A stretch of 64,000 bases of DNA, from contig NC_090404.1 in the NCBI RefSeq assembly GCF_036365525.1, positions 8,742,001 to 8,806,000 on the forward strand, in the 5' to 3' direction. The position numbers and the translations under genes are program-made. The notes below the pieces were generated by a model that searched no databases, had not been told where the DNA came from, and saw only the letters and a list, made by a program, of their open reading frames with translations. Within the stretch, counting starts at the first letter, position 1. Each line of letters begins with the position of its first letter. The stretch is from Heterodontus francisci (lineage: Eukaryota). Below, piece by piece: positions 1-12,777 of the stretch.

Positions 1-299
1 GGCCCAGGATGGCTGCACATACACCCTGCTGCACATTGCCTCCTAAAAAGATGGCGGCTGTTAACCCAGGCCTGTCACCGGGAGAAACCCTATAGCTGCT
101 GCCCCGCTCGGTGCAAACACGCCGGTAGATTCTTAGTCAGGGTTTGAGGCCTACACTGGGTGTTTGTAAATTGAATCATATTCCCTGTTTTATCATGGGC
201 ACCTGGGGCTGCACTCAGTGTGTGTGAAACCCGCATTGCCCCAGGGTTCATTAACCCGCTCCCTCCAGCCTGCTCCTTCCTGTTACATTCCATTTCCTG

Positions 300-947
300 C
301 ACTTTTGTTTTCAACCCATCCCCCATCTCCCAGAAGCATGTTAGGGGTCCCCTCATTCTCACCTTCCATCCCACCAGCCTCCACATTTAATACATCACCC
401 CCCCCCTCCCCCATCATTTCCCCCACCTCCAGCATGATGCCACCACCAAACATATCTTCCCCTCCCCTTTCAGCATTTTCTGGTGGGACCATTCCCTCTG
501 CAGCACCCTGGCCCAAACCTCTATCACATCCAACACCCATTTCCCTTCCCGTGTCAGAACAGGAGATAGGAATACCTGCCCTTTTATCTCCTCCCTTCTC
601 CTTGTCCAAGGCCACAATCACTCCTTCCAGGTGAAACAGCAATTTTCTTGTATTTATTTGAATTTAGTACACACTATATTCACTGCTCATGATGTTCTCT
701 CCTCTACATGGGGAAACAAACGCAGATTAGGTGACTGCTTGTTGGAACACCTCCATTCAGTTCATGAGCATGACCCTGAGCTTCTGGTCGCCTGTCATCA
801 TAATTCTCTGTTCCACTCCCACACTGCCCTCAGCCTCCTGCACTCCTCCTAATGAAGCTCAACAGAAGCGCAACGAACATCAGCTTATCTTTCAATTTGG
901 CATTTCGGTCTTCTGGACTCAACACAGAGTTCAATAATTTCAGATCA
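300..947 (+). mobile_element. Penelope-like retroelement fragment (RT C-terminus/GIY-YIG endonuclease), degenerate
   Basis: Broken frames give KQQFSC...NLV, GNKRRLGDCLLEHLHSV, NEAQQKRNEHQLIFQ and GLNTEFNNFR, matching the Penelope copy at 61.6-62.0 kb. Confidence 0.75.
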
Positions 948-1049
948 TTTCTGTTACAATTTATTGGGATGTTAACAGTAACCCTGGCACTTACCAGCAC
1001 CTTCAAGATAGATGGTGGGAACGCCGCTGTGTGCAGAGTGAGAATAAAA

Positions 1050-1720
1050 TCAATGTTTGTAAATCCTCCCTTCTGGTACCCGATAAAATGCGTTTATAAG
1101 TCATCACTGCAAGTACAGGACAGAAATCCAGGACAATTCTAGTTTCAATGAAATATTTTTTCCTCTCTTGTTCCCCCAAAGCTGTAAATCCCTGTCCCAC
1201 ACACTCTCCCTCCTCTTTGTGCTGAAATCCAAACCCATCGCACCATCTCTTTCCTCCACTGCCAGTTTTCTCCCTCCCTCTACTCTGACTGGGTTCAGTT
1301 CTCCAGCCCCTGTGTTGCAGAGTCAGAATCAAATGAATGAGTCAATGATTTTCTCTCCTGGTCACTGGGACCCTGAAGCCCCGCCTACTCTCTGTGTCAT
1401 CACAAGGATAGCCACGCCTGCGCAATGCCCGCCGCTCAGCCAAGATGGCGGCCGTTGACCTGGCCCTTTACCCGGGAAAAAGCCCCGGAGCTGCAAACGC
1501 GGAACCTGGAGGTTCTTATTCGGGGCTTGCTGCCTACACAAGGTATTTCGGAAGTCTCCCCACCCACCCACCGGCTCCATGCATCCCCTCCAACTCAGTC
1601 TGTCCGACTCTCACCTGCTGCAAAAGCGTCTCCAGCACTCGCAGAGCTCAGATCAAAATGACACTGCGCATGCCCCAGATACAGTCCAGCCCCCCCCCCC
1701 CCCGCGCCTGCGCACTGGAC
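1050..1720 (-). promoter_or_regulatory. Orphan ZNF upstream module (acceptor remnant plus YY1/NRF1/GC-box segment); coding exon missing
   Basis: Homologous to 14520-14995, 60870-61225 and 10200-10470; CAAGATGGCGGC 1441-1452, TGCGCATGC 1665-1673. Confidence 0.7.
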
Positions 1721-2095
1721 TCCTCTAGTGTGACGAGAATCAGCAGTAAATGCACTGTCTCTGTCCATCACCTATTGGAAACTCCAGCTAAAATGAATTT
1801 GTCCAATAATACCTTGAGCCTTAATTTGATCAACAGGTCTCCTGTCCGGCACCTTGTCAAACCCCTGTTGACAATCCATCTGCATTTCCTTTCTCACTAC
1901 ACTGTTATTCCCTCAATAAATCGCTGTTATCTGTCCTGAATGAACCTAATTCACGAACAAGTGTTCAAATGTTTGCTCCACACGCACGGAACTTCATCTC
2001 TTACAACAGGAAGGGCCAATTTTCTCCTTTGCCCCGCCCATCATTGACTCTGATTGGTTGGAGGACCAACCGCCCGCTCGGTCCTCCACCCCCAC

Positions 2096-3420
2096 CTTCT
2101 TCTTCGGCCTCCTTGTCTCGAGAGACAATGGGTAAGCGCCTGGAGGTGGTCAGTGGTTTGTGAAGCGGCGCCTGGAGTGGCTATAAAGGCCAATTCGAGA
2201 GTGGCAGACTCTTCCACATGTGCTGCAGATAAAATTGGTTGTTGGGGCTGTTACACAGTTGGCTCTCCCCTTGCGCTTCTGTCTTTTTTCCTGCCAACTG
2301 CTAAGTCTCTTCGACTCGCCACACTTAAGCCCCGCCTTTATGGCTGCCTGCCAGCTCTGGCGATCACTGGCAACTGACTCCCATGACTTGTGATCAATGT
2401 CACAGGACTTCAAGTCGCGTATGCAGACATCTTTAAAGCGGAGACATGGACAGCCGGTGGGTCTGATACCAGTGACGAGCTCACTGTACAGTGTGTCCTT
2501 GGGCATCCTGCCATCTTCCATGCGGCTCACATGGCCAAGCCATCTCAAGCGCCGCTGGCTCAGTAGGGTGTATAGGCTGGGGATGTTGGCCACCTCGAGG
2601 ACTTCTGAAATAAAAACAAGAAATGCTGGAACCACTCAGCAGGTCTGGCAGCATCTGTGGAAAGAGAAGCAGAGTTAACGTTTTGGGTCAGTGACCCGAA
2701 ACATTAACTCTGCTTCTCTTTCCACAGATGCTGCCAGACCTGCTGAGTGGTTCTAACATTTCTTGTTCTTATTTCAGATTTCCAGCATCCGCAGTATTTT
2801 GCTTTTATTTCAAGGACTTCTGTGTTGGAGATATGGTCCTGCCACCTGATGCCAAGTATTCTCCAGAGGCAGCGAAGATGGAATGAATTGAGACATCGCT
2901 CTTGGCTGACATACATTGTCCAGGCCTCGCTGCCGTAGAGCAAGGTACTGAGGACACAGTCTTGATACACTCGGACTTTTGTTTTCTGTGTCAGTGTGCC
3001 ATTTTCCCACATTCTGTTGGCCAGTCTGGACATAGCAGTGGAAGTCTTTCCCATGCACTTGTTGATTTCTGCATCGAGAGACAAGTTATTGGTGATAGTT
3101 GAGCCTTGGTAGGTGAACTCTTGAACCAGTTCCAGAGCATGGTCGCCGATATTGATGGGTAGAGCATTTCTGACGTCCTGTCCCATGATGTTCGTTTTCT
3201 TGAGGTGGATGGTTAGGCCAAATTCATTGCAGGCAGCCGCAATTCTGTCGATGAGTCTCTGCAGACACTCTTCTGTGTGGGATGTTAATGCAGCATCGTC
3301 AGCAAAGAGGAGTTCCCTGATGAGGAGTTTCAGTACTTTGGTCTTCGCTCTTAGACGGGCAAGGTTGAACAGCCTGCCACCTGATCGTGAGTGGAGGAAA
3401 ATTCCTTCTTTTGAAGACCA
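2096..3420 (-). mobile_element. RTE-clade LINE, 5'-truncated (RT and C-terminal C2H2 motif), interrupted by a Penelope-end insertion
   Basis: ORFs 2704-3462 and 2150-2635: GRLFNLARLRAKTKV, LLFADD, RLRWLGHVSRM, CSTCGRVCHSRIGLYSH; short GAA-repeat tail. Confidence 0.9.
2606..2809. mobile_element. Short Penelope terminal-repeat insertion forming an ~86-bp-arm palindrome
   Basis: Arms 2605-2690 and 2692-2777; flanking duplication tcgaggacttctg (2595-2607) / tcaaggacttctg (2810-2822); same sequence as the Penelope end at 61225-61320. Confidence 0.85.
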
Positions 3421-3499
3421 CCCCCACCTACTCTTCCCATTGGCCTGGAATACGTCAATCATCCTGACATTGTGAGGTGTCCATGGCTCGGCTAATAAC

Positions 3500-3715
3500 T
3501 ACTTGTATTTAACATAATAAAATATCCCAAGGCCCTTCACAGGAGAATGTTAAAACAAAATATGACATCGAGCCACATAAGTAATTATTAGCTCAGATGA
3601 ACAAATACTTGATTTTAAAGTGAAAAGAAAGCTAGAAAGATGGAGAGGTTTAGGGAGATAATTACAGAGCTTGGGGCCCAGACAGCTGAAAGCACGACCA
3701 CCAGTGATGGGAAGC
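3500..3715 (-). mobile_element. L2-like LINE 3' end fragment
   Basis: GGRAFSCLGPKLCNYLP, the typical L2 ORF2 C-terminus. Confidence 0.6.
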
Positions 3716-3739
3716 CCCTTGGGTTGTATACACCAAATA

Positions 3740-3932
3740 TGGGTTTGCTGTAAAATATACATGGCATGTAAAATTGAATGGGAGAGTTGTGAGGCAACTC
3801 ACTCCAGTATCGAAGAAAACTGATTTCCTTTGCAATTTTTGGAATGTCAACTTGGTGCTGTTTTGAACTGTTTTGGAATGGATTTTTTTTTAACAGATTT
3901 TTATGAATAAAGTATATTTTTGAAAAAAAAAA
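3740..3932 (+). mobile_element. Poly(A)-ended retroposon 3' end (L1/Tx1-like)
   Basis: AATAAA followed by gtatattttt and an A-run at about 3906-3932; family assignment is inference. Confidence 0.4.
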
Positions 3933-5049
3933 GTGATGGAACAGGGGAGGTGGAGGTAGAAGCAGAGACCTCTACTGAATTGGAGGTCTCTGAGACTGAG
4001 CGCCCCTCTGGAATAAGATGAGTTGAGGGGTCCATCTCCTGGCGTGGGTCCACAGGTACCCTCACCAGCACCATCTGGGCCTCGAGCCCTAAGCGGCAGC
4101 CCTCTGCCCCTCAGGGTAGAGTGGGGGAATGTAGCCCCTGTTAATTTAGCAACTTCCGTTGAGGGGGGAAAGGGTCTGCCTGTGGTGGGGGAGCCTATGG
4201 ACCCCACAGGAGAAATCTCTCCTTCAGCTGATGGGTCGAGTGTCCTGGGTGGGGGCGAGACCTGTGAGGGTCAACACTCCCAGCAGCCTGATGCTGCCGC
4301 CCAGGATCTATCATACCGAGGGCCAATTTACAGAGTGCCCCGTCTGCGAAGACACTGGGTGTGGTGGGGAAGGAGATGGCCTCCTCTCTCTGCCTCCGGT
4401 CCTGGCTCCGGCTGGATTTACGGAGTCGGGAATAACCGTCTCCCCTGGGCTGCTCACTAGCCCGGGGATGGAGGTGGAGGGGGTTTCTGAACTGCTGGCA
4501 CCCATAGACACCAGTTCCCTAGAAGAACCCAGAGAAGACTCCTCCGCCATCGAGGCTGGGGGTGAGATCGGGACAGAGGTGGGACCAGTTGGCGTGGCCA
4601 GGACGTCTGGGGAATAAAGGCCCCCTCGACAAAATAAAAGGGATCTGGGTATAAAGGTCACCTTAAAAAAGGAAAGAAAACAAAGGTTAGATACAGAGTA
4701 AAGCTCCCTCTACACAGTCCCCATCAAAAAGAAAAAAAAAGAAAAAAAAAAAAACAGGTTAGACACAGAGAACATAAAAAGTAGGAGCAGCAGTTGGCCA
4801 CTTCAACAGAGGAGTAAAGGCCCAAAAATCAAACCGTCAACAGTAGTATTTCGATCAGTCTTTTCTTTTCCTCAAAAAACAAATACTCCACACACTGTGT
4901 ATTGGAAATAAAGCTGATTTATTTGACATTTATCCAGAATATGAACCTCCAGCCCAGTTATAAGGATTATCAGCAGAAATAAACTCTGGGAGTGTTCAAT
5001 CCTGGATGTGATCAACAGCAGCAATAACATCAGAATCCAATCCCTGCAG

Positions 5050-5560
5050 TCACTTGTGAACTCGCTGCTGTCTCAGCAGGGTGGATGAATTACTGAATCT
5101 GTTTCCACACTCAGTGCAGGTGAACGGCCACTCCCCAGGGTGAACTTGTTGGTGTGTCAGCAGGTGGAAAGAACTGTTGAATCTGTTTCCACACAGGGAG
5201 CAGGTGAACGGCCTGTCCCCAGTGTGAAATCGCTGGTGTTCCATCAAGCAGTTTCTGCTTTTAAAGCTCTCCTCAGTCAGAACATTTAAAAGGTCTCTGA
5301 TCAGTATGAACAAGTTGGTGTCTCAGCAGAGAGGATGAATGAGCGACTCCCTTCCCACACACGGAGCAGGTGAACGGCCTCTCCCCAATGTGAATTCGTC
5401 GGTGTGTCAGCAGGTGGGATGACTGAGTGAATCCCTTCCCACACACAGTGCAGGTGAACGGCCTCTCCCCAGTGTGAACTCGCTGGTGTGTCAGCAGGAT
5501 GAATGATCGATTAAATCTCTGCTCACAAATGGAGCAGGTGAACTGCCTCTCCCCGCGTGA
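5050..5560 (-). pseudogene. C2H2 ZNF pseudogene (about 6 fingers, frameshifted, 5' part lost)
   Basis: TGERPFTC repeats ending RVHK-stop; frameshift near 5275; abuts the truncated 3' end of a CR1 ORF2. Confidence 0.85.
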
Positions 5561-7655
5561 CTGCTACTCCACCAATCTTAATGTCGTCTGCAAACTTGCT
5601 AATCAGACCACCTATACTTTCCTCCAAATCATTTATGTATATCACAAACAACAGTGGTCCCAGCACGGATCCCTGTGGAACACCACTGGTCACACATCTC
5701 CATTTTGAGAAACTCCCTTCCACTGCTACTCTCTGTCTCCTGTTGCCCAGCCAGTTCTTTATCCATCTAGCTAGTACACCCTGGACCCCATGCGACTTCA
5801 CTTTCTCCATCAGCCTACCATGGGGAACCTTATCAAACGCCTTACTGAAGTATATGACATCTACAGCCCTTCCCTCATCAATCAACTTTGTCACTTCCTC
5901 AAAGAATTCTATTAAGTTGGTAAGACATGACCTTCCCTGCACAAAACCATGTTGCCTATCACTGATAAGCCCATTTTCTTCCAAATGGGAATAGATCCTA
6001 TCCCTCAGTATCTTCTCCAGCAGCTTCCCTACCACTGACGTCAGGCTCACCAGTCTATAATTACCTGGATTATCCCTGCTACTCTTCTTAAACAAGGGGA
6101 CAACATTAGCAATTTTCCAGTCCTCCGGGACCTCACCCATGTTTAAGGATGTTGCAAAGATATCTGTTAAGGCCCCAGCTATTTCCTCTCTCGCTTCCCT
6201 CAGTAACCTGGGATAGATCCCATCCGGACCTGGGGACTTGTCCACCTTAATGCCTTTTAGAATACCCAACACTTCCTCCCTCCTTATGCCGACTTGACCG
6301 AGAGTAATCAAACATCTGTCCCTAACCTCAACATCCGTCATGTCCCTCTCCTCGGTGAATACCGATGCAAAGTACTCATTTAGAATCTCACCCATTTTCT
6401 CTGACTTCACGCATAACTTTCCTCCTTTGTCCTTGAGTGGGCCAATCCTTTCTCCAGTTACCCTCTTGCTCCTTATATATGAATAAAAGGCTTTGGGATT
6501 TTCCTTCACCCTGTTTGCTAAAGATATTTCATGACCCCTTTTAGCCCTCTTAATTCCTCGTTTCAGATTGGTCCTACATTCCCGATATTCTTTCAAAGCT
6601 TCGTCTTTCTTCAGCCTCCTGGACCTTATGTATGCTTTCTTTTTCGTCTTAGCTAGTCTCACAATTTCACCTGTCATCCATGGTTCCCTAATCTTGCCAT
6701 TTCTATCCCTCATTTTCACAGGAACATGTCTCTCCTGCACGCTAATCAACCTCTCTTTAAAAGCCTCCCACATATCAAATGTGGATTTACCTTCAAACAG
6801 CTGCTCCCAATCTACATTCCCCAGCTCCTGCCGAATTTTGGTATAGTTGGCCTTCCCCCAATTTCGCACTCTTCCTTTGGGACCACTCTCGTCTTTGTCC
6901 ATGAGTATTCTAAAACTTACGGAATTGTGATCACTATTCCCAAAGTAGTCCCCTACAGAAACTTGAAACACCTGGCCGGGCTCATTCCCCAACACCAGGT
7001 CCAGTATGGCCCCTTCCCGATTTGGACTATTTACATACTGCTCTAGAAAACCCTCCTGGATGCTCCTTACAAATTCTGCTCCATCTGGACCTCTAACACT
7101 AAGTGAATCCCAATCAATGTTGGGAACATTAAAATCTCCTATCACCACCACCCTGTTGCTCCTATATCTTTCCATAATCTGTTTACATATTTGTACCTCT
7201 ATCTCACGCTCGCTGTTGGGAGGCATGTAGTACAGCCCCAACATTGTTACCGCACCCTTCCTATTTCTGAGTTCTGCCCATATTGCCTCACTGCTCGAGT
7301 CCTCCATAGTGCCCTCCTTCAGCACAGCTGTGATATCCTCTTTGACCAGTAATACAACTCCTCCATCCCTTTTACCTCCCTCTCTATCCCGCCTGAAGCA
7401 TCGATATCCTGGGATATTTAGTTGCCAATCATGCCCTTCCCTCAACCAAGTCTCAGTAATAGCAATAACATCATACTCCCAGGTACTAATCCAAGCCATA
7501 AGTTCATCTGCCTTACCTACTCCACTTCTTGCATTAAAACAAATGCACCTCAGACCACCAGTCCCTTTGCGTTCATCATCTGCTCCCTGTCTATTCTTTC
7601 CCTTAGTCACACTGACTTCATTATCTAGTTCCTTACAGGCTTTAGTTACTACCTC
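5561..7655 (-). mobile_element. CR1 LINE ORF2 (APE endonuclease + RT), open frame, 3'-truncated just after FADD
   Basis: ORF 5523-7733: [53 protein letters not shown]. Confidence 0.95.
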
Positions 7656-7658
7656 CTC

Positions 7659-7971
7659 AGACAACACCTTCCAAACCTGTGACCTCGACCACCTAGAAGG
7701 ACAGCGGCAGCAGATGCATGGGAATATGCCCACCTACAAGTTCCCCTCCAAGCCACACACCATCCTGCCTTGAAACTATATTGCCGTTCCTGCACTGTCG
7801 CTGGGTCAAAATCCTGGAACTCCCTTCCTAATAGCACTGTTGATGTACCTACACCCCAAGGACTACCACAGTTCAAGCAGGCAGCTCACCACCACCTTCT
7901 CAAGGGCAATTAGGGATGGGCAATAAATGCTGGCCTAGCCAGCGAAGCCCACATCCACCAAACAAAAAAAA
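7659..7971 (+). mobile_element. RTE-X/CR1-group LINE 3' end
   Basis: Same 3' end as the element at 36440-39580; A-rich tail. Confidence 0.8.
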
Positions 7972-8589
7972 GTCACTGACACCAATCTCCTCCTCTCTGT
8001 TATAAACCAACCCCACAGTCACCGACATCAACCTCCTCATGTCTGATATAAATGCAACCTACAGATCCAGAAAAATTAAACTCTGCCTGTTATTCAGACT
8101 TGTCTCCATTCCCGTGCCGAGGGGGAATCACTGTACCTGACAAGAGGGACAATGTATGAGAACTCGATTCTACCCCATTCCCATTCTTTCTGGTGGATAA
8201 TGGAGGTGCCACTGTGTGTAATGTGCAAGTCATTCACAATTGTTAGCAAAGATTAATCCGCACTTTCTAATTGGAGATGTTAATCAGTGGAACCTTTCAG
8301 ATACTGAATTGTAGCTTATCTTCCAAGGATCAATTTAGGATTGAAGTAAAAGTTCATAATATTATTGTGGACTATTTTCTGATGTGAGTCCCTGAGTTAT
8401 GGGGCAAGATCACAGACAATGGGACAATGCAGCCCCGACAAGTCAATCAGATTTAGATGCAGAATATTAAACTTCAGCCCCAGATAGAGGGGGTTATTAA
8501 CATCAGCAAATCCCAACTGTTAGAATGATCATGGTTCAGTCCAGGAGGTGTTTAATAGCAGCAGTAACAGGTGAATCTAACCCCTGCAG

Positions 8590-9135
8590 TCACTTGTGAA
8601 CTTGCTGGTGTCACACCAGATGTTGTAACCGAGTGACTATTTTCTCAGTGCAGCTGAACGGCCTCTCCCCAGTGTGAGTCCTTCAGTGTATGAGCATATC
8701 CTTTGCAGTTCTAAAGCTCTTCTTACATTCAGCACATTTATAGGGACTAATATTGGTGTGAATTTGCTGATGTTTTTTCAGGTTTTCTGATCGATTAAAT
8801 CCCTTCCCACACTCAGAGCAGGGGAACGGCCTCACTCCAGTGTGAATACACTGGTGTTTCTGGAGGTTTGATGACTGAGTGAATTCCTTTCCACACACAC
8901 AACACATGTATGGTGTCTCCCAACTGTGAATGATGTGATGTGTTTTCAGGTTGTGTAACTGATTAAAGTTCTTTCCACAGTCAGTGCACTGGAACACTCT
9001 CACTCGGGTGTATCTATCTCAGTGCTTTTCCGGTCACACTGATGTTTGAAATCTTTTCCCGCAGACAGAACAAACAAACATTTCTTGTACTTTGAGTTTC
9101 TCATCTGTAAATTACCCTCTTCTAATCCCCCGTAA
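8590..9135 (-). pseudogene. C2H2 ZNF pseudogene with leader
   Basis: ORF 8683-9003 has 3-4 fingers, no ATG and a premature TGA; leader uORF 9034-9081; conserved 3' trailer at 8460-8590. Confidence 0.8.
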
Positions 9136-9204
9136 AAGGAGCTTATAAAAGCCATCACTGTAATTACAGAATACAAATGCCGACAGATAATTCTTACATT
9201 AAGT

Positions 9205-9775
9205 CGACAGCACAGCAACAGGCCATTTGGCCCAATTGCTCTATGCCAGCATTGATGCTCCACATGGGTCTCATTTCACCTGTCTTTATAGAACCCAATC
9301 AGCATATCCTTCTATTCCTTTCTGCCGCATGTGCGTATCTGGCTTTCCTGTAAATTCATCCATTCCATTCGCCTCAGGTATTCCTTGTGGTGGCGTGTTC
9401 CATATTCTCACCACTTCCTGGGGAAAGACGGTTCTCCTGAATTCTCTATTAGATTTATTAGTGACTGTCTTATATTCATGGACCCGTGGCCTCCCCCACA
9501 GTGGAAACGTTTTCTCTACATCGAACCCATCAAATCCTTTCAGAATCTTAAAGATCATGATCAGGTCACTCCTCAGCTCTCTCTTTTCTAGACAAATGAG
9601 TCAGTCTTTCTGGATAAGTATAGCTTCTCAGTTTTGGTATTATCCTTGTGAATCTTTTACACCTATATCCAGTGATTCTATATCTTTTTTTATAATATGG
9701 AGACCAGAACTGTGCACAATACTCCAAGTATGATCTAACCAAGATTTGATACAATCTTAACATAACTTCTTTGTT
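9205..9775 (-). mobile_element. CR1 LINE 3' fragment
   Basis: LEYCAQFWSPY, FKILKGFD, VVRIWN, CR1 tail. Confidence 0.85.
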
Positions 9776-10122
9776 TTTAGCTTAGTTTAGTTTAGAGATA
9801 CAGCACTGAAACAGGCCCTTCGGCCCACTGAGTCTGTGCCGACCATCAACCACCCATTTATACTAATCCTACACTAATTCCATATTCCTACCACATCCCC
9901 ACCTGTCCCTATATTTCCCTACCACCTACCTATACTAGGGGCAATTTATAATGGCCAATTTACCTATCAACCTGCAAGTCTTTGGCATGTGGGAGGAAAC
10001 CGGAGCACCAGGCGGAAACCCACGCAGACACAGGGAGAACTTGCAAACTCCACACAGGCAGTACCCAGAATTGAACCCGGGTCGCTGGAGCTGTGAGGCT
10101 GGGGTGCTAACCACTGCGCCGC
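9776..10122 (-). mobile_element. tRNA-derived V-SINE (HE1-like)
   Basis: tRNA-like head (cagtggttagcac...ggttcaattc), V-domain core, CR1-like tail with (TAAAC)n. Confidence 0.9.
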
Positions 10123-10199
10123 ACCTCAATTCTATTACTCTAGAAATGAACACCAGTGCTTGATTCGCTTCTTTTATCACCTAAAAAAGCAAACCATGT

Positions 10200-10470
10200 T
10201 CTGTAGTTCTAGTTTCTATACCAGATGTAAATCTGTGTGCACTCCTAGTTTTCTCCCTCCCTCTGTTCTGGCTGGGTTCAGTTCTCCAGTCCCCGGGAAA
10301 GTGAGTGAGAAAATGAGTCAATGACTTTCTCTCCTGGCCACTGGAACCCTGAAGCCCCACCCACTCTCCGTTTCATCACCAAGTTGACTGCACATGCGCT
10401 GTTACCTCACCCTACCCACGAAGGCGGCCTGTCACCGCGGGACAAACATGGGGCCTCTGGTCTCTTATTC
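10200..10470 (-). promoter_or_regulatory. ZNF upstream module (partial) of the 8.6-9.1 kb copy
   Basis: ctgggttcagttctccag, ctgaagccccacc and ggcctgtcaccgcggg are shared with the other modules. Confidence 0.65.
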
Positions 10471-11104
10471 AGGGTCTCAGAAACAGGAAAATCGGAATAG
10501 AAGTAGGCTCCCCAGCCCCTCCAGGCAGTGCCATTGTTCAATTAGATCATGATTGATCTGCATCTTAATTTCATCTACCGCTTTGGTTCCCTAATACTTA
10601 ATACACTTGCCCAACAAAAATCTATCAATCTCAATTTTGAAATTTTCAATTGACCCCCAGCTTTTTGGGAATGAGAGGTCCAGATATCTACTAGCCTTTG
10701 TGTGAAGTGCTTCCTGAGTTGGGGCAATTAGGGATTGGCAAAAGATGCTGGTCTTGCTAGCAACACCCATATCCCAACAAAAACTTTCATTAAGGGTATG
10801 TAAAATGGATTCAAATCCTCTGCAGAAATATTTGTTCATTAAATAATCCTCTTTGACATTGTTGGGACAGTGTCTACCTCCCTTGACAGTCCCACCCGCC
10901 GTTTTTTGCGCCCTACTGAACTCAAAAGTACTCATCTTTAAATCAGTAAGTTATCCTCCATCTCCACTCCAACTTAAACTGATGCAACAAAAAAAGACCT
11001 ACACAGGAAGTCAGCGACTGCATCCAACACCTACCCGGATTCAAACTGGATTTTAATTGGTCCGACTGTGTTTCTAGACTCGGTTCGGTGATTAGCGCCT
11101 CCAA

Positions 11105-11242
11105 TAAAACAAAATAAAAACACTATAGATGCTGGAAATATGAAATAAAAAGAGAAAATGCTGGAAATACTCAGCAGATCAGGCAGCATCTGTGGAAAGA
11201 GAAACCGTTCACGTTTCAGGTCGCTGGCCCTCCGTCAGTCTG
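11105..11242 (-). mobile_element. Penelope terminal-repeat fragment
   Basis: aaatgctggaaatactcagcagatcaggcagcatctgtgg...acgtttcaggtcg. Confidence 0.75.
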
Positions 11243-11249
11243 CAAAAAA

Positions 11250-11830
11250 AAACCGAAAGCCACTACCTAATGGCGGCTGGGGTTCCCACAATTCTCTGAA
11301 GCCTAGAAACCGCTCTATCCAGCGCGCTGATTTCCCCATGCGCTGCGTACGCATGCTCCCCAGGGTCTGGCGCGGGGCATTCTGGGCGGCCTTGATGCTG
11401 TTGTTTGTTGCGAGCCGGACTCGGTGAAAACGGGAGAAAAAACCGGGAAGCAGCGGGTAGGATTGGGGAGGCGCTGCACCATCGGTTTAATAATGCCCCG
11501 CCCGATCCCCGGGACTCTCTCCACATGTCTGCCGAAGCTGCGGCTCTGCTTTGGGGTCTGAGAGCTGCATAGGCTCTATGTTGCTAGGCCCCGCTCAGCT
11601 GCTTGTGGTAGCTCCCAGCAGGCAGTCTGTCTCCGGGGGGGGGGGGGGGGAAATCAGGTCTTTTTCACGCCTGCGTGTTACGGTCATTCTAATGGCGATA
11701 GGCCATATTCTACCGCGCGGGGCATTCTGGGTAATTTATGTTTTCATTGTTCCCTAATAGTCAGCAGAGAAGAAGGCCTGTTCCGGCACTTTGGTCGAGT
11801 TATCACATTCGTCACTTAGCAGTCCGCCAT
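11250..11830. promoter_or_regulatory. CpG-rich promoter with ZNF143/Staf, NRF1-like, YY1-like and CCAAT motifs
   Basis: GCATTCTGGG at ~11378 and GCATTCTGGGTAA at ~11722 (reverse SBS); tgcgtacgcatgc; gattgg; high CpG density. Confidence 0.65.
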
Positions 11831-11929
11831 TTACTTGTAGAATAGAGGTCTCTCTATTCGATCCATCGTGCCTGTGCCGTCTCTTTGTTAGAGCCACCGA
11901 GTAAGTCCGACTCCCCCACTCTTCTGCAT

Positions 11930-12292
11930 CTTTTGATTTTTTTCCCCCATTCAATTCTTTATACAATTCCCTCTTGAAACTGCTTCTAACACCCTTTCAA
12001 GCAGTGGGTTCCAAATCACAGCAAATCGCTGAGTTTAAAAAGAAATATCTCATCGGCCGAAGGATCCAGAACCAGTAGACACCGATTTAAAGTAATTGGC
12101 AAAAGAAGCAACACCGACATGAAAAACATTTTTCCGTAGCAAGTGGTTCGGATCTGGAATGCACTGCCTCCGTGTGGTGGAGGCAGATTCAAAAGAGGCC
12201 TTCAAAAGAAAATTGAATAATTATCTGAAGAGAAAAAAATTGCAGGGCTACTGGAAAAAGGGGAGTGGGACTAAAGTGAGTTGCTCTTGCAT
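11930..12292. mobile_element. CR1 3' fragments in both orientations
   Basis: gtggttcggatctggaatgcactgcc (VVRIWNALP) on +; inverted counterpart at 11940-12050. Confidence 0.55.
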
Positions 12293-12777
12293 CATAAGGG
12301 ATCAAGTTTTAAACAAGTAAAGAGGCAGAAAAAGGATAGTGGAGACTAAAGGAAAGGACAAAAAGGAAGGTCTGTGATGGCATGGAAGGGAAAAGAGATT
12401 AAATAACAAAGGGATGATGGTGCAAGGCAAAAAGGGGATGGTAATGGGACAAGAGAAGAAACAAAATATGGATCTAGATGAGGGGTAAATGGGAAAAGCA
12501 GAATACTCACCAACAGCTGCCATCCAAAAATAAAATGAGGTCAGAGATCATGATCTAAATTGTTGAACTCAGTGTTGAGTCTGGAAAGCTGTAAAGTGCC
12601 TCATCTAAAGTGAACTTCATTAGAACCATGTGTGAGGTCAAGGACAGAGAGGTCAGTGTGGGAGTGGTGTGGAGAATCAAAGTGGCAGGTAACCAGAAGC
12701 TTACTGACTGGAGGTGTTCTGCAAAGCGATTACCCAAGCTGTGCTCGGTCTCCCCAGTGGAGGAGAATGCATTGTGA

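Noticed and set aside
3935-4660. Overlapping Pro/Ser/Gly-rich ORFs as a host gene
   Set aside because: GC-rich low-complexity sequence open on both strands with no recognisable domain; possibly a retroelement ORF1 remnant, but unsupported
5523-7733. 736-aa ORF as an active or domesticated reverse transcriptase gene
   Set aside because: Its N-terminus comes from a different adjacent element, the RT is truncated after FADD and lacks two residues before FSKAFD
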